DNA of 64,000 nt from Camelus ferus (taxonomy: Eukaryota), in assembly GCF_009834535.1 (NCBI RefSeq), contig NC_045698.1, forward strand, positions 1,056,001 to 1,120,000, read 5' to 3'. The notes beneath the pieces are model-generated. The model made no database searches. It was not told the origin of the DNA and saw only the letters and a list, made by a program, of their open reading frames with translations. Shown piece by piece: positions 9,701-22,240 of this stretch (positions within the stretch are counted from its first letter, which is position 1; each line of letters opens with the position of its first letter). A program made the translations under genes and the position numbers.

Positions 9701-12700
9701 CTGCGACGTAGGTGAAACAGGCTCACTGGACTCCAGCCCCCAGACACGTTGTTTCAGGGCAGATGTTGTCTTCAGGGTGGACACAGCAGCATGCGGGGAG
9801 CAGGACAGACTGGGGGGCAAAGGTCAGCACCCCGGGGCGGCTGTGTCTGCCAGGGGCTCTGAGGGAGCTGGGGCCCCCGTGCCCACGGGACATGAAGACA
9901 GGGACTGCCAGCCTTGGCCGGGAGCCTGTCCTTGGGGGACGGTGCACCCCGACCTCTTGGGGGCCACACTGCCTCTCATTTCTCCTTAGGGGATGGAGGG
10001 CGCAGGCTTTGAGGTCAGACCCGTCCCCGGGGGATCCACCACCTGCTCACCTGTGTGGAGCTGCAGGACCGGCCCCACCGTGGGGGTGCCAGGGGCACCC
10101 TCGAGTCCAGGAGAGATGGACAAAGGCCACCAAACGTGTTTCCAGGACAGACACAGAGACGGGGGCAGGAGAGAGAGGAAGGGCGCCTCGTGAGGAGGGC
10201 TGTTGGAGTGACGGGGACGGAAGGCCTGTCCCCTCCGAGGAGACATCTCCATGTCAGGAGGTGGGCGGTGCTGCAGGGGCCGGGGTGGCCGAGGGGGCTG
10301 GTCACTGCACTGGGGGTTCCTCTCCCAGGCAGACCTGGAGCGGCAGGGCGGGGGGGTGCACCTGCCCCAGAGCATCTGCCCCAGAGCTGCCCCCTGGGCC
10401 CCCGCCTCCCCATCCCCCCGACAAAGCGCCCCCCTCTGTGTCTGCTGGCTCTGCGGCTCAGGAGTGAGGACAACGGAAACGAACACCACTTCCTCAGACT
10501 CGGCTGGGTACGTGGGGGCCTGCTGGATTTCAGGTTTTCGCCTGGATCCGCGCTTACCTTCCAGTCCCTGAAAGTCTGTGGCCTTGAACCCTCCGCTTTG
10601 TCCTGAAACCCTTGAGGTTTCATCTGGAACAAGTATTAATTCTCCTGTAATAAACTTAAAAAAAAGGCAAACCGTCTGCAGTTTAGGGGCTTCTAGAGAG
10701 GATGAAGAAAGGCCCCAAAGCCACAGCCAAGTCCGTCTCTCCCGGGCGGAGGGCGCGCGGCGCTCACATCGGTTACCTGCTCTGCAGCCGCCCCGGCCGG
10801 ACGGGACAGCTCGGAACCGGGCGGCCTCTGGCTACGGCGGTCGACTTTCTGCTGCGACCTGATCTGAGGAAACACTTCGCTTAAAGTGAGATGCTCAGGG
10901 ACCCACCTGCTCACCTGGGGGACCTTGCCTGCTCTAGACCCACTGGGTATGGACACCGTCGGCCCAGCCTGAGGACAGGCCGCTGGACGGGGTCTGGGTG
11001 TGGGCCCTGCCAGCCCCGGCCTATCCACCAGGGGGCAGTGGTGCATAATCGTGGCCGCCGGTCCCGGAGGGTCGGCCCCTGGGCCGTGACCACAGAGCCC
11101 AGCAGCCCTTTAAGCTGCTGACACCCGGCAGGTCCACAGCAGAAAGGCTGAGACCCTTCGGGAATGATGCAGCCTCTCAGACCTGCGGGGAAGAGGCACG
11201 GATGCACGGGCCCACATCCTGAGGAGTCTCAGCTCCATTCTGCAGACAAAGCCGCGGAGGCCCCGCAGGAGGCTGGTCCTGGCCTTGACCCTAGGGCCGG
11301 TGCTGGGTCCCCTGGTCCCCTCCCCAGCGTGTCCTTCAGCTCCAGCGACCCGCCGGAGCCGTCTGGCAGGACGTGCTGACCCCGGGAGGCTTCCTCTGGC
11401 CAGCCCAGTGGCACGTCCAGTCCCGCGGGTGGGCACTGGGAGGCGACTGTGGAGGGAGGGCTGCTGGGCTGCAGCTCCTGTCATGAGGCCCACGGGCTCT
11501 GCGGCCGTAGCAGGGCTGGGCTTCCAGGTGGACACCACCTCCTGCCTGGTGTCTCAGCCAGGAGGCACCTCCTTCCCAGGGGGATGATTGGCCGGGCCTA
11601 GAAGCGACCTTGCCAGCCAGGACCCCCACGGCGGGCCGGACCTCCTGCTGGCTGGGCTCCTGCCTCGCTGGCTGCTCAGCGTGTTCTCTGCGCGCTTCTC
11701 GTAAAACGGAGCCGCCGAGGCTCCCAACCATCGGGGCGTCTTGCTTGGAGGGGGGCTGTGGGCGGGGGCCCGGGTCCCTGCGTCCCTGCATGACTAGCGG
11801 CTGGACCCTCCCGTCTGGGAGACGCTCTTTCCTTGTTCCAAACCGCGCTGGCTTCCTCGGAGGCTGGGATCAGTATTACAGTACTAATTTATTAGACGTG
11901 GGGAGATTTTAAATTTCATTCTTGTGCAGTTATTTAAAATTTAAAATGATAACGTCTAACCCAATTAAATTTCAGCTGATCGCTCTCCAAATGCACAGTC
12001 TTATAAAATATGAATCAGGAGCCTTAGGAACTCTTGATAACAACTTAATCTCCACGTCGGTGATCTGCTCTGGGGCCCTCCTGTCACAGTGCGGACCTCA
12101 GGAAGCAGAGAAAGAGACAGAGAGCAGGCCGATCCAATTCTGAGGATTCTCACCCATCAGACTCAAAGTTCCAGGACCATTTCACGCACGTACAATTTCT
12201 TCTCCTGTTTTGTAATAATTATGCTTTTTTATTTGACCTTTCTCTTGGGGGATTTCTGGCATTTTCATAATTTAGAGGCTCCAGTGGAGACAGCCTGTTT
12301 TCAGCCTCGCACAGCGTCAGCAGGGGGACCATGGGGGGGCGCGACCCCACCCTGTCATCCCGCAGCCCTGCCTCCCAACTGGTTCGCGTGTGTAGAGCCT
12401 GCCAGCCTCCGACAGTGAACTTCCCTTTCCAGGAACACACAGCACGGGTGGCCCTGCCCGAGGGCCTGGAAATCCACCGGGTCCCACCAGGCCGGGAAGT
12501 CAGCAGGACCCCCGCTGGACCCTCGATGAGATGCTGGGCAGAGCCTGGCTCCTGGGGTTGGTCCACGCGGAACTCAAATCCCGGCTTGCTAGGGACCAGC
12601 TGGGGCAGGGGCCTCTCGTGGGCGCCCGCCCCCTCGCCTGCAATGTGAGATTATGGGAGGCCCTCCCGGTAGAGTGGCCTTGGCAGTAAGTCGTCTGGAA

Positions 12701-14248
12701 GCTCGGAGCCAGTGCCCCCAGCGGGTGTGGACAGGGGACCCGGGCTCCAGAGCCTTCGCTCGCTCGCTCGCCCACAGGTGGCAGGGACCAGGCTGGGCCC
12801 AGGTGTGGGAGCCAGGGAGGTCAGACTGCCCAGTGGAACAGGGGGGGTCACCTCAACTAGAAAGTTGACATGACAGAGCCGGGAGTCCGGCCACCCTCTC
12901 CAGGTGATGATCGATTCAAACACAGAGGAACCTTGCTGCCAACAAAAGGCCTGGGAATCAGCTGTGCTCGGGATGTCCCCACCGCAGGCGAGGCCACGGG
13001 GGCCCCGCCCGGCTCCGCAGCGCTTGTCTGGAGAATCGAGGAGCAGTCGAGGAGACACGTGACTGGCGTTTAACTTCGCTGTGATGCTCCGTGTCCCCTG
13101 ACTTGGTAGGTATGTCGGTGGTGCGTGGTGGGGTTGGGCTGGAGCTCTGAGGCCCAGTGCAGGCTGGCCGGGTGCTGGGAGCTCACTGGAGCGGCCGTGC
13201 TCTCGGACACGGCTCCCTGCCAGGCCAGTCTCCTCTCCAGGTGGGCACCTGGGTCCCAGGGTGTGGCCCCGGGACCAGCAGCACGCAGCGGCCCGAGACG
13301 TGCCTGTCTCTGCGCTGGAGCCCTGGTGCCCTGTGGCCACCCCCTTGGCAACTGCCCCAGGGGGCACAAAAGCAGGGATCTGGGCGTGTCACCCAGCTTG
13401 GGCTGGAGCCCCTTCATTTGGCTCCTGAAGAGATCAGATCCTGGGGTGAGAGCCAGCTCGAGGAAACAGTCCCTCTGCTGAGGGGAAGCTGGAAAGCTGC
13501 GTCTCGCGTTTCGTTTGCTTTTACTGTTTATACAAATACAGAGAAATTGTTGCGACGAGTGAGGACCAGCACAGGTCGGGAGCCCAGCACTCAGCCGACC
13601 AAGGAAACGGCCGTGCGAGGAAAACGGACGGACGGGGTCTCGGGCGGGTCTCTGTGGACATGGCGTGGCCTGAGCAACTGGTCACATGGAACTAAGTCGG
13701 CAGAGGCCTGGACCCGCCGTGCCGTCAGGGCCTGCAGACGTGGGGGGCCCCTGCCGTGCGGTGCAGCCTGCGGCCAGCGAGGTGGTCAGAGGGTGACTGG
13801 GTCCTGCGGGGCCACCCTGAGTGCGTGGAGCTGAGACCTGATGAGCCCTGGACTTTCAGACGCAGACACGGTGGTGGGGGGCCAGGGCAGGGGAGCCCGA
13901 TGCCCAGAACAGCCCTGGGTTCGTCAGCTCCTCGGGAGCATCTCGGTGCCTCAGCTGCACCCGCGACTCAGGCAGAGCCTGGCAGATGTGGGTGTGCAAC
14001 GCCTGCTCCAGTGAGCCCGTGTGCCCTCCTCCCAGCCCCCAGCCCCCAGCCCAGGACGGACAGGCTCCTCTCCGTCTCTGACCCGACGGGGGGCCACCCA
14101 CCTGGCGGCCTGCTTGCTCGTTGCTCTCCGGCTCCCCCACCTGAACTTAGCACCCCCCACCTCAACCTGGGGCCCCTCCTCACCTTGTGCGCCTCCCTGG
14201 CTGCTTGGACACCCTGTGGCGACAGGGGTCAGCCCTGAGGGTAGGTCA

Positions 14249-14286
14249 GCCCAGCGTGGATTGAGGGGCCCAGCGTGGATTGAGGG
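14249..14286. repeat. Perfect 19-bp tandem duplication (GCCCAGCGTGGATTGAGGG x2)
   Basis: 14249-14267 is identical to 14268-14286. Confidence 0.9.
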
Positions 14287-17200
14287 ACGCAGCTTGGGTC
14301 CCAGGCGAGTGAAGTATTTCGTAGCCTCCAATTGTCTGCGTTGGTCTTTGAAGCCTGGAGGGACGGGAAACAGCTAGCCCCCACTGGGGACTCGGGCTCT
14401 CGTGGGCCAGGGAGCCCGTCTGTCCTTCAGGCCCCAGGACTGTCCATGGGGGGGCCTCAGGGCTACCTGTCCCCCCAAAGCCACTTTAAAGACTTGCATG
14501 CTCCCCACCTCAGAAGTGGCCGGTTCACTTCCCCTGCATCTCTTGTCATACAGGCGGCGGTCACTTTTCTTCGTTTTCTGACTGTACTGTCTCCTGGCTA
14601 GCTTGCTCACCTGCCCACCGATGCTGGACTCGAGGGGCTGAGAACCGGCTCTGGAGCCTGGGGTGACTGGGGCCTGGGCTGTTTGGGGGAGACTGTGAGA
14701 GGGTCTGCCGAGGGAGGGGCGGGGGGCTGGCCCTGGGCGTCCAGCCCCGACTCTAACCATGCAGGTCTTGAGCCGGTGGGGCTGCCAGACCAGCCCCTGC
14801 GAGTTTGTAAAGGGTCCTGTGTGTGGACCAGGGCAAGCCCTCCCGGCTGCGTGGTGCCTGGGGCTCCCCCCGCACCCCACCCTCACCCACAGCACCGCCT
14901 GCTCGCTGCCTGGGGCCCGCTGCCCCGTCCTGAGTCCCGCGGGGCTGCTTGGAGTCCGTCACCCACACGGCCCGGCCCGTCTGGGTCCCAGGCAGAGGCG
15001 CCGCTTTCTGACCGGCCTGGGCCTGGCCGTCATGGCCTGTCTGCTGACCGGTCTGATCGCCGCGCAGTCTTGCTGCCTGTTAGGTGTAAGCAAGGGTTTG
15101 AAAAATCCCCCCTTCTCCTCTGTCAGCCATTTGGCTCTATACTGGGGGGTCTTTTTAACGGCTCCCCTGGGAGTTCCATGAGGCTCGCCTAATTTTTACA
15201 GCATTAGATTAGTCCTTCGCCAGCCCTCGAAGGCTGCAAGGACAGACAGCAGCTGACTGAGTCTGGCCACTCCCGCCTCCTTGTTGCCCACACGTCTCTT
15301 CCACTTGTTACAAACGCACAGGCTGTTGCGTTCATCGTCTCCGTGGTCAGGCCTTGTCTCCCCCTTTCAGAGCAGGTCACTTCTTCCGGAACGTCTGCGC
15401 TTCCGTCAGGGGCCATCTCCCTTCATCGTAAAGAATGTCCTGTAGTGTTTCTCAGGGTGGTGAGTGTCCCAGGTTTTATCTGCCCTGGTTTCTGTGAGAT
15501 GCCCCCACTGGTGCCGAAGTCTGGGCAGCAGGCCTGCTCCTCGGTGCTTTAAAGGAGCCGCTCTGGCGTCTGCTGGCCCCACGCCTTCGGGTGTCATCCC
15601 TCTTCCTCCGGGAGCGTGTGGCCCTGCGGGGGCTGCCTCCTCCCCGCAGGCGCCTGCTCCTACGGGCCGTGCGCCTTTGCGGTGGTTCGCAGCATTGGGA
15701 CAAACCCGGTACCTGCTCGTCCTGCTGGACCCGTAGTCGCTCCTTTAGAACAGACGGGGGTCATGGTGCTGACGGAGGCGCATGTGCTGTGAGGACGTCG
15801 TGGGCGTCGCCAGGGTCCCCAGGGCTGTTCTGGAAACTGACAGGCCTCTCGGTGCGCGAGATTCAGCTTTTGCCTCCGCCTGGCCGACACGTTTCAATCT
15901 TTTCCAAGCTGATTGGCAAAAAGCAAGATCTTCTTTCTCTGGATCAGAGGATTTTTTCATTTTTTCCCACCACCAATCAATCTGATCCTGTATCCACGCA
16001 CAGGTTCTTGCTGAGACCAAGTCGCCCTCGGGGTAGGGGTGTCCACCCTGGTCTAAGTGCTTCCTGCCAGCTGAGGCCGGGGTGGGGGTGGTCTGCGGGA
16101 AGTGGGCTTACCTGCGTCTCCCACCCTCCCCGAGGGGCTCAGGCTCAGGCTCACCCCCATGACCTCCAGAGCCCTCCCCAGTGTCACCGCTCACCCAGAC
16201 TCACCCCAGGTACCGCGCACGGTCCTGGAGACACACAGAGGAGGATGCCTGATGTGGGCAACAGGGAGGTGGGACGAGACTTTCCCTCCGGAATGTGGAG
16301 CGCCTTCCTGCAGGATTTGTGACTTTCTGCTGTCCGCCTGTCTTGGGGTCCACCTGAAGAGGAGTGAGAGTTTAAGCTGCCAGTTCTGAGAGCCATTTCC
16401 GAAGGCCAGGAGGTGGAAGCAAGCCAAGCGTCCCGGAAGTGCGTGCATCTTACTTGCTGGACTGAGTAACGCTGGAGCCCTTCTGGGAAGTGTCCCGGGC
16501 AGGTGCAGCCCTCGGCTTGGGGTGATGCGTTTTGATTTAAATGGGGTTCTTTCAGCCCAGCATCCTGGTCGCACTGACCCTCCTGTGCCCGTTGTTCAGT
16601 GAGCCCCGTCATGACAGCCTTGCTGTTTACCTGGTACCGAAACCTTTACAGGAGCGACCTACACGTATCTGTGTTATTTTGCCCTGGTGTGGGCACTGAT
16701 CCCGAGGGTGCTGGTGTGTCCTCGCCGGTTCCCCAGCGGCAAACACACACCACTGTCCATCTGCCGGATTCCCACTCCCTCTCCATCCTGACCCACTGCG
16801 GCCTGGCCTCAGGAGTCCCCCCGACCTGTCCTGCCCCTGGAGCACCTGGCCCGAGCCTGTGTCTCCACCCCCTTTTCCAAGGGACTGAGCTTCCTTGGGG
16901 TTCACGGAAGGCCTTTATGTGGGGGTGCGCTGCCTCAGGCTCCGGCAGACACGTGTTGTTCTGCGACCTCGAATGCGAATTCCACTTACACAAAACACAC
17001 ATCTTAGCCATGGGGTTCAGCAGACAATCTGGGCGGCCGCTAATTTGCAACTTCTTATTTTACTGAGTTTCACGAGAAACAAAAGAAGCAAACACTTTCC
17101 ATCATAGCCACTGACTTTAAAAAAAGCCATGTGTCCCTTCTCATTTTCATTATCTGTCTGTTTCTCAGGTCCCCATGCAAGTGTGACTTTTCTAACGATC

Positions 17201-17570
17201 TTGCTTGACCATGGACAGCACTCAGCTGAGTCTCTAAATTTTACACGGGAGGGAAGTGCAGCTCGGAAAGAATCACTGCTGCGCCCGGGGCTGCAGAGCG
17301 AGGTGTCCGACGCCCCGCTGGCGGGGCCCCACCCGGGCTCCTCCCGGCCTCGCTGGGCACAGGTGTCCCCGGCCACCAGTCTCAGCGACGCTCCTTCCGC
17401 CGGCGAGCCCCGCACCGCGCAGCCCACTGAGTCCTGGGCGGCCTCGTTTGCCCGAGTGTGTGGTGCTCACGCATGAGCGGCCAGAGTGTAAATGTGGTAA
17501 ATATTTTATTTAGAATAGTCCTCACCAGCTTGACGGGCTCATTTCCAATTTTTCTCTCTGTCATTCTGTT

Positions 17571-17643
17571 GCACACACAGAGCCACACGCACACACGCAG
17601 TCACGCGCAGTCACATGCACACACGCATTTGCGCGCACACACT
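17571..17643. repeat. Degenerate (CA/CG)n tract
   Basis: gcacacacagagccacacgcacacacgcagtcacgcgcagtcacatgcacacacgc... Confidence 0.6.
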
Positions 17644-18668
17644 CCTCAGCAGTCCCCGAGCCGCGGTTTTGTGCTTGGCATCACCTTCCTTGGCCAACAC
17701 CATAAATGCCTTTGCAACCAGAGCTGACAGCCCCCCACCCCCGAAATCTTCCAGAAGGTTCTCTTGGAATTTCTCCCCCTGGCTGGCCTTGCTGGCCGCT
17801 GGCCAGGGGCTGAAGGGCAGCCCCGGCAGAGGGCGCTGGAGCCTGAGGGGCTGCCCCAAGCGGTTAGCAGAGCTCAGGGAGGCAGCACGGAGGACGTGGG
17901 AAGATTCGCAGGCCCCAGCGGCGCCTGGGCGTCCGCGGTCATGTGGGTGGTTTCCTCTGGTTCTGGCTCCAGGTCTCTCCAAAGACGCGAGCTTGAGGGA
18001 CGTTTGTTCATCACACCAGCGGGCTCTCACCTCGCACAGACCCCAGACTCCCTCCTGCCCCACGCCCAGGTGCCAAGTCTCTGCGGTGAGAGCCAGTGTT
18101 TCCCCAGGTGGCTCAGCGAGTGATGTGCACTCTTGGAATTCCATCTGGTGTGGCATTAAGACCAGGAGAGAACGAAATAAGCCACTCAAGATAGAAGAAA
18201 AACGCCTTTGACAGATGACTTCACATCCGCTTACGACGCCGTTGGAACCAGAAATGAGCCAAACAAGCAGAACTCGTCCCTGGTCCTAAAGCCCTTTGCT
18301 CTCCACCTGTCTGCACCTGTCTGTCCTCCCACCTCCCAGCGCCTCCACCTGTGCGGCTGTTCCTCCTTTGACCCCCTGGGCCAGGGTCCCCGACGGCCAG
18401 GTGGGGGGATGGGGGTGCCAGGACCCCGTGTGGGCTGGGACCAGGGAGGGCGGCCCCAGGGCCACGTCTAGGGGCTGGGGGTGTGAGCCCCCCGCCCTGG
18501 GCAGAGCTCAGGGAGGAGGCTTGGGGCCAGGAAGCCCAGCCTCCGGCTGCAGAACATGTGCCAGTGAGGACGTGGCCCCTTGTCCAGAAGCAGGAACGAG
18601 GCTTCCTCCTCTCTTCCAGGCCGCCCTCGAGACTGTGTGTGTGTGTGCACACATACGTGCCTGTGCGT

Positions 18669-18900
18669 GTTTTAACAGCTTCATTGAGAGAGAATTCACA
18701 AAACATTACAATCCATCCACTTAAGATGTACAATTCAGTGGTCTTTGGTATATTACATTATTTGTTTAATTATGGTATAATATTAACACAAAATTTACCA
18801 TCTTACCCATTTTTAAGTGTACACTTGTGGCATTAAGCACGTCCACAAAGGTGGGTGGGCGACCATCACCACGATTTCCAGAGCTGTTTTATCTTCAGCT
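18669..18900 (-). mobile_element. Two adjacent L1 (L1MA/L1MB-like) 3'-end fragments
   Basis: tttaacagcttcattgag...ttaagatgtacaattcagtgg (about 18669-18755) is followed by aaaatttaccatctt...ttttaagtgtaca...gtggcattaagcac...accatcaccac (about 18760-18900). Both are typical antisense L1 3' termini. Confidence 0.7.
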
Positions 18901-19240
18901 CCTTCCCCGAGGACAAAGCTCCACGTGGCGGGGCCCGCGGCTCTCAGTATGGTGCCTAGTGCGGGGGGTGAGCAGTGGGGGGACAGCCCCCGGGGTTGGA
19001 GATGTTCTTTTGGGAAATGTGGCCAGAAGTGGCCTGCCAGGCTGAGGATCTGTGGCCCCCCAGAGCTTCCTCTATGAGACTGGGAGAAGGGGGCTCCTCT
19101 GCAGCCTCAAAGGGCCCAGGAGGAGCCTGGGGGCCGGTGACAAGTGGGGAGAAACGTGCCTCCCTGGGGCCCAGGCAGCGTGGATGTCACTCCTCGCTGG
19201 GTCCCGGACCCCTTGCACCAGCCCAGGGGCTCCCAGAGGC

Positions 19241-19362
19241 CGGCGGTGTCCTACGCACCATGACATCCTACCCTCCACGGCGTCCTGCCCGCCACGGCGC
19301 CCTGCGCACCATGACGTCCTGCCCTCCACGGTGCCCTGAGCACCACGGTGCCCGCACCACGG
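19241..19362. repeat. 17-bp GC-rich minisatellite, about 7 copies, with partial 51-bp higher-order period
   Basis: Units start at 19241, 19258, 19275, 19292, 19309, 19326 and 19343. The CCATGAC variant recurs at 19258 and 19309. Confidence 0.85.
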
Positions 19363-21210
19363 AAAGTGCTCCAAGGGGCAGGAGGATTCACAGCAGTGAA
19401 GATGACAGTTCCAACCAGGCCCATCTTTGAGCCGCATCGCCGTGGGCGCCGCCTGCCCGCGTCCTGTCCTGAGGCTTCATTTTCAAATGCTGCCAGAAAA
19501 CGCCTGAGAAAACAGCTTTGCTCCCAGAAGTCCTCGCGGGGAGGATGGAACCCACCTCCTCTGGCGCCTCTTCACTCTCGTGAGAGGACAAATGAAGATG
19601 AAGCTGAGCGCTGTTCAGCAAACGTGGGGTTTCTCCTTCGATTCCCCGCATTCTGAGGGGAGGCGGCCCTTGCTCTGGTCGCCTGGAGCTTCCACTTGTC
19701 ACTCAGGGTGATGGGGACACAGCGTGACGTGTTCCCTCCTGCAGAGAGTGTGGTGGGGCCCCAGGAGGAGCGCCGACTTCGGGGGAGCTGAGAGGCCTCA
19801 GTCAGAACACAAGCCAAACTCCTAAAAAGGAAAACACAGCTTGCTGGGGCTACGAGCCCTGCCCTGGCCAGAAATCAGAAATCTCACCCAAACCCCAGAC
19901 CGAGGCACGAGCAACGGAAACTCTGCAGAGGGAACGGGGCGTTGTCTCAGAATGTGCTCTGCGAGGGGACCAGGGACGGGCCTGCAGAGCCGCCTCCCGC
20001 CCTCCCGGCAGGTCTGAATCCCAGTCTGGGCGTCCTGCGGAAATCAGCCGCTGGGGACGGAAAAACCAAGAAAACGGAGCCAGGGTTCCCTGGCCAGGGC
20101 CACGGTGGGCTCCGCATGGGGATGCTTGCTGGCGAGCTGGGCGGTACGTTTGTTTTGTAACCAAGGCCTTGAAGACTGAGAGACACGCGGGTCTGCGCAC
20201 CCGGCCCGGCGAGGAGCAGAGAGGTCGGCCCGCCTGGGTCCCCTGCCCTTGTCACAGGATGGAGCAGCAGGGTCCCCCTTCTGACAGGTCTGGTTGAACG
20301 CCTTGGAGGTGGATAGACTGGTAGTTGACAGGGGGAGAGAGAGAGCTGTTGCACAGAAGTCAGGGTGGGATCGTGGCCAGGGCGTCAATTTAACGACGCA
20401 GACTTCGAAGTTCCCCTGTCGTGAGGCTGAGTTTGCTCCGTGCCCCGGAGGCGATGGCTTTTTAAAGCCCTGGACGGTGGGTAAGTTCCCAGGAAGTGGG
20501 CTGTGGACTGGGCCGCCTGCGGAGACTGGCGCTGGGTCCCAGGGACATCCGTCCTCCTCGTCATGAGGAGGATTTACTCCCCCGCTTCCTCGCGGGGCTG
20601 GGGGCTGCTGCTCAGCACCCTGGCCGCCGCGGTGGGTGCGTGAGACCCGGTCTCAGGTTCACAGGAGCTTGGGGGAGGGCAAGGATGCTGACACGGATCC
20701 TTCGGGGCAGCTGGGCTTGGAGGGGAAAGGGAACTGACTCATTTCACTTCACACATATTTGCATTTTGCAAGTTTTACTTGTAATTTTGTGATACAAGAA
20801 AATAATGAGGAATTGCTTCCCAGACCCCTTCACCAAAATCACCCCCCCGACGGCGCCACAGGGCAGCCCTGGCCCCTGTGGTGTGACTGTGTGGGCAGCC
20901 CCCGGAGTGCCCCTCCCCGCACCTGCCGCCGGGTGACCACACGCCGTGCCTCATCTGAGACGGGCTGGCCGGTGTGACTCTTTCCCCAGACTCTCCCTCA
21001 AGCCGCCCAGTGTGTCATTAACGTGACGGAAACACATCAGACTCCAGGTTAACCCCCCGCCCCGTCGTGTGAGGTGACAAGGACTTAGAGCTGGCCCAGG
21101 TCAGACCTCATCCTCCAGAGGAACCACCCTGTGGATAACAGAAGGCGAGCGAGTCTCCGCGGAGGGCAGCAGCCTGGTGGTCAGGGGAGGGTGGGAGCAC
21201 CGTCTTAGAG

Positions 21211-22240
21211 CGGTGCTGCTCCGGCTGGGGTCCGCAGAGCCGTGGGTGTCCCAGAGACGTGTTCAGAGGTCCACGCGCTCAGAACATCTTCATAATACTG
21301 AGATGTTACGTCAGTTTCCCGTGATTTCTACGACACATTCCACAGACTGGACAGCTTAAAACGACAGAGATTTGTTCTCTCTCAGTCCGGAGGCTCAGAG
21401 GGAGAATCTGTTCCGGGCCTGTCTCCAGCTTCCCGCTGGTGGTTCCTGGGAATCCATGGTGTCCCTTGATTTATGGACACATCACCCTGACCTCTGCCTC
21501 CGTCTTCACACGTGTCTCCCTCCCTGTGTCTCAAACTCCCTCTCCTTATAAAGAGTCCTTGGCTTTGGGTCTCCTCTTGACTATGTCTGCAAGGATCCTA
21601 TTTCCAAATAAGGTCACAGCCCCAGGCTCCAGGAGCATGTGACTTCGTGGGACACTACTCGCTCAGCACAGGTGTTACTTGCTTTCTTCACTGTGCTGAC
21701 CTCTGCACCGATGGAGCAAGTCAGTGGTGGGTCAAGTCATGGGGGGTTAATCACGGTGGGTAACGTCACGACACCTTAGCAGGGAAGCAAGCTTTGCTGG
21801 AGGGCCTGGCACTCTCCATCTCCCGGCACTCACAGTGACAGAGCGCCAGCTCCACTTAGGGTTGGCCCTGATGAGTGTGGTGTCAGCTGTGTTGAATCTT
21901 GACCAGTGACTGCATCTTTCTAATAATCCCTGAGACAGAATGGGGAGCGTGAAGGCATGGTCGGCTCGAGGCGTGTGACTGAATTGCGAGCTGACCTCCT
22001 GGTCTTTTCCAGGAACACCATTTTCACTGGGAAAAAAACAACGAAAAAGCTACAGTTATTTGAACATTTCCTGGAAACCAAATGAAGAAAGTCTGTCACT
22101 TTAGGGAGAACAGTGAACAGGGCTTGTTTTCCATGAAAAGTCTGAGCTTTCCAACCCGCACAAGGATTTTGGAAAAGCCGTATCGGCCGTGGTGTGCCTG
22201 GTACTTGCCGACACTGCCAGACCTTTCTGATGAGATCAGC
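21211..22240 (+). mobile_element. hAT-Charlie (Charlie1-like) DNA transposon remnant, interrupted by an MLT1 LTR at 21307-21670
   Basis: The left end resembles the Charlie1 terminus (cggtgctgctc...ggtcc...ttcataatactgagatg) and is preceded by TCTTAGAG, similar to the NTCTAGAN hAT target. Internal transposase relics include WSARG at 21958-21972 (compare the hAT RWLSRG motif) and ELRADL from 21981. No intact ORF. Confidence 0.75.
21307..21670 (-). mobile_element. MaLR MLT1-like solo LTR nested in the Charlie element
   Basis: gcttaaaacgacagagatttgttctctctcagtccggaggc, gagggagaatctgttcc, tctccttataaag and tctgcaaggatcctatttccaaataaggtcaca. Flanked by a near-identical 5-bp TSD, GATGT (21302-21306) and GGTGT (21671-21675). 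Confidence 0.8.

Noticed and set aside
19241..19362. Short repeats as a CRISPR-like array (also 1365-1454)
   Set aside because: Head-to-tail units with no unique spacers, no cas genes and a mammalian context.
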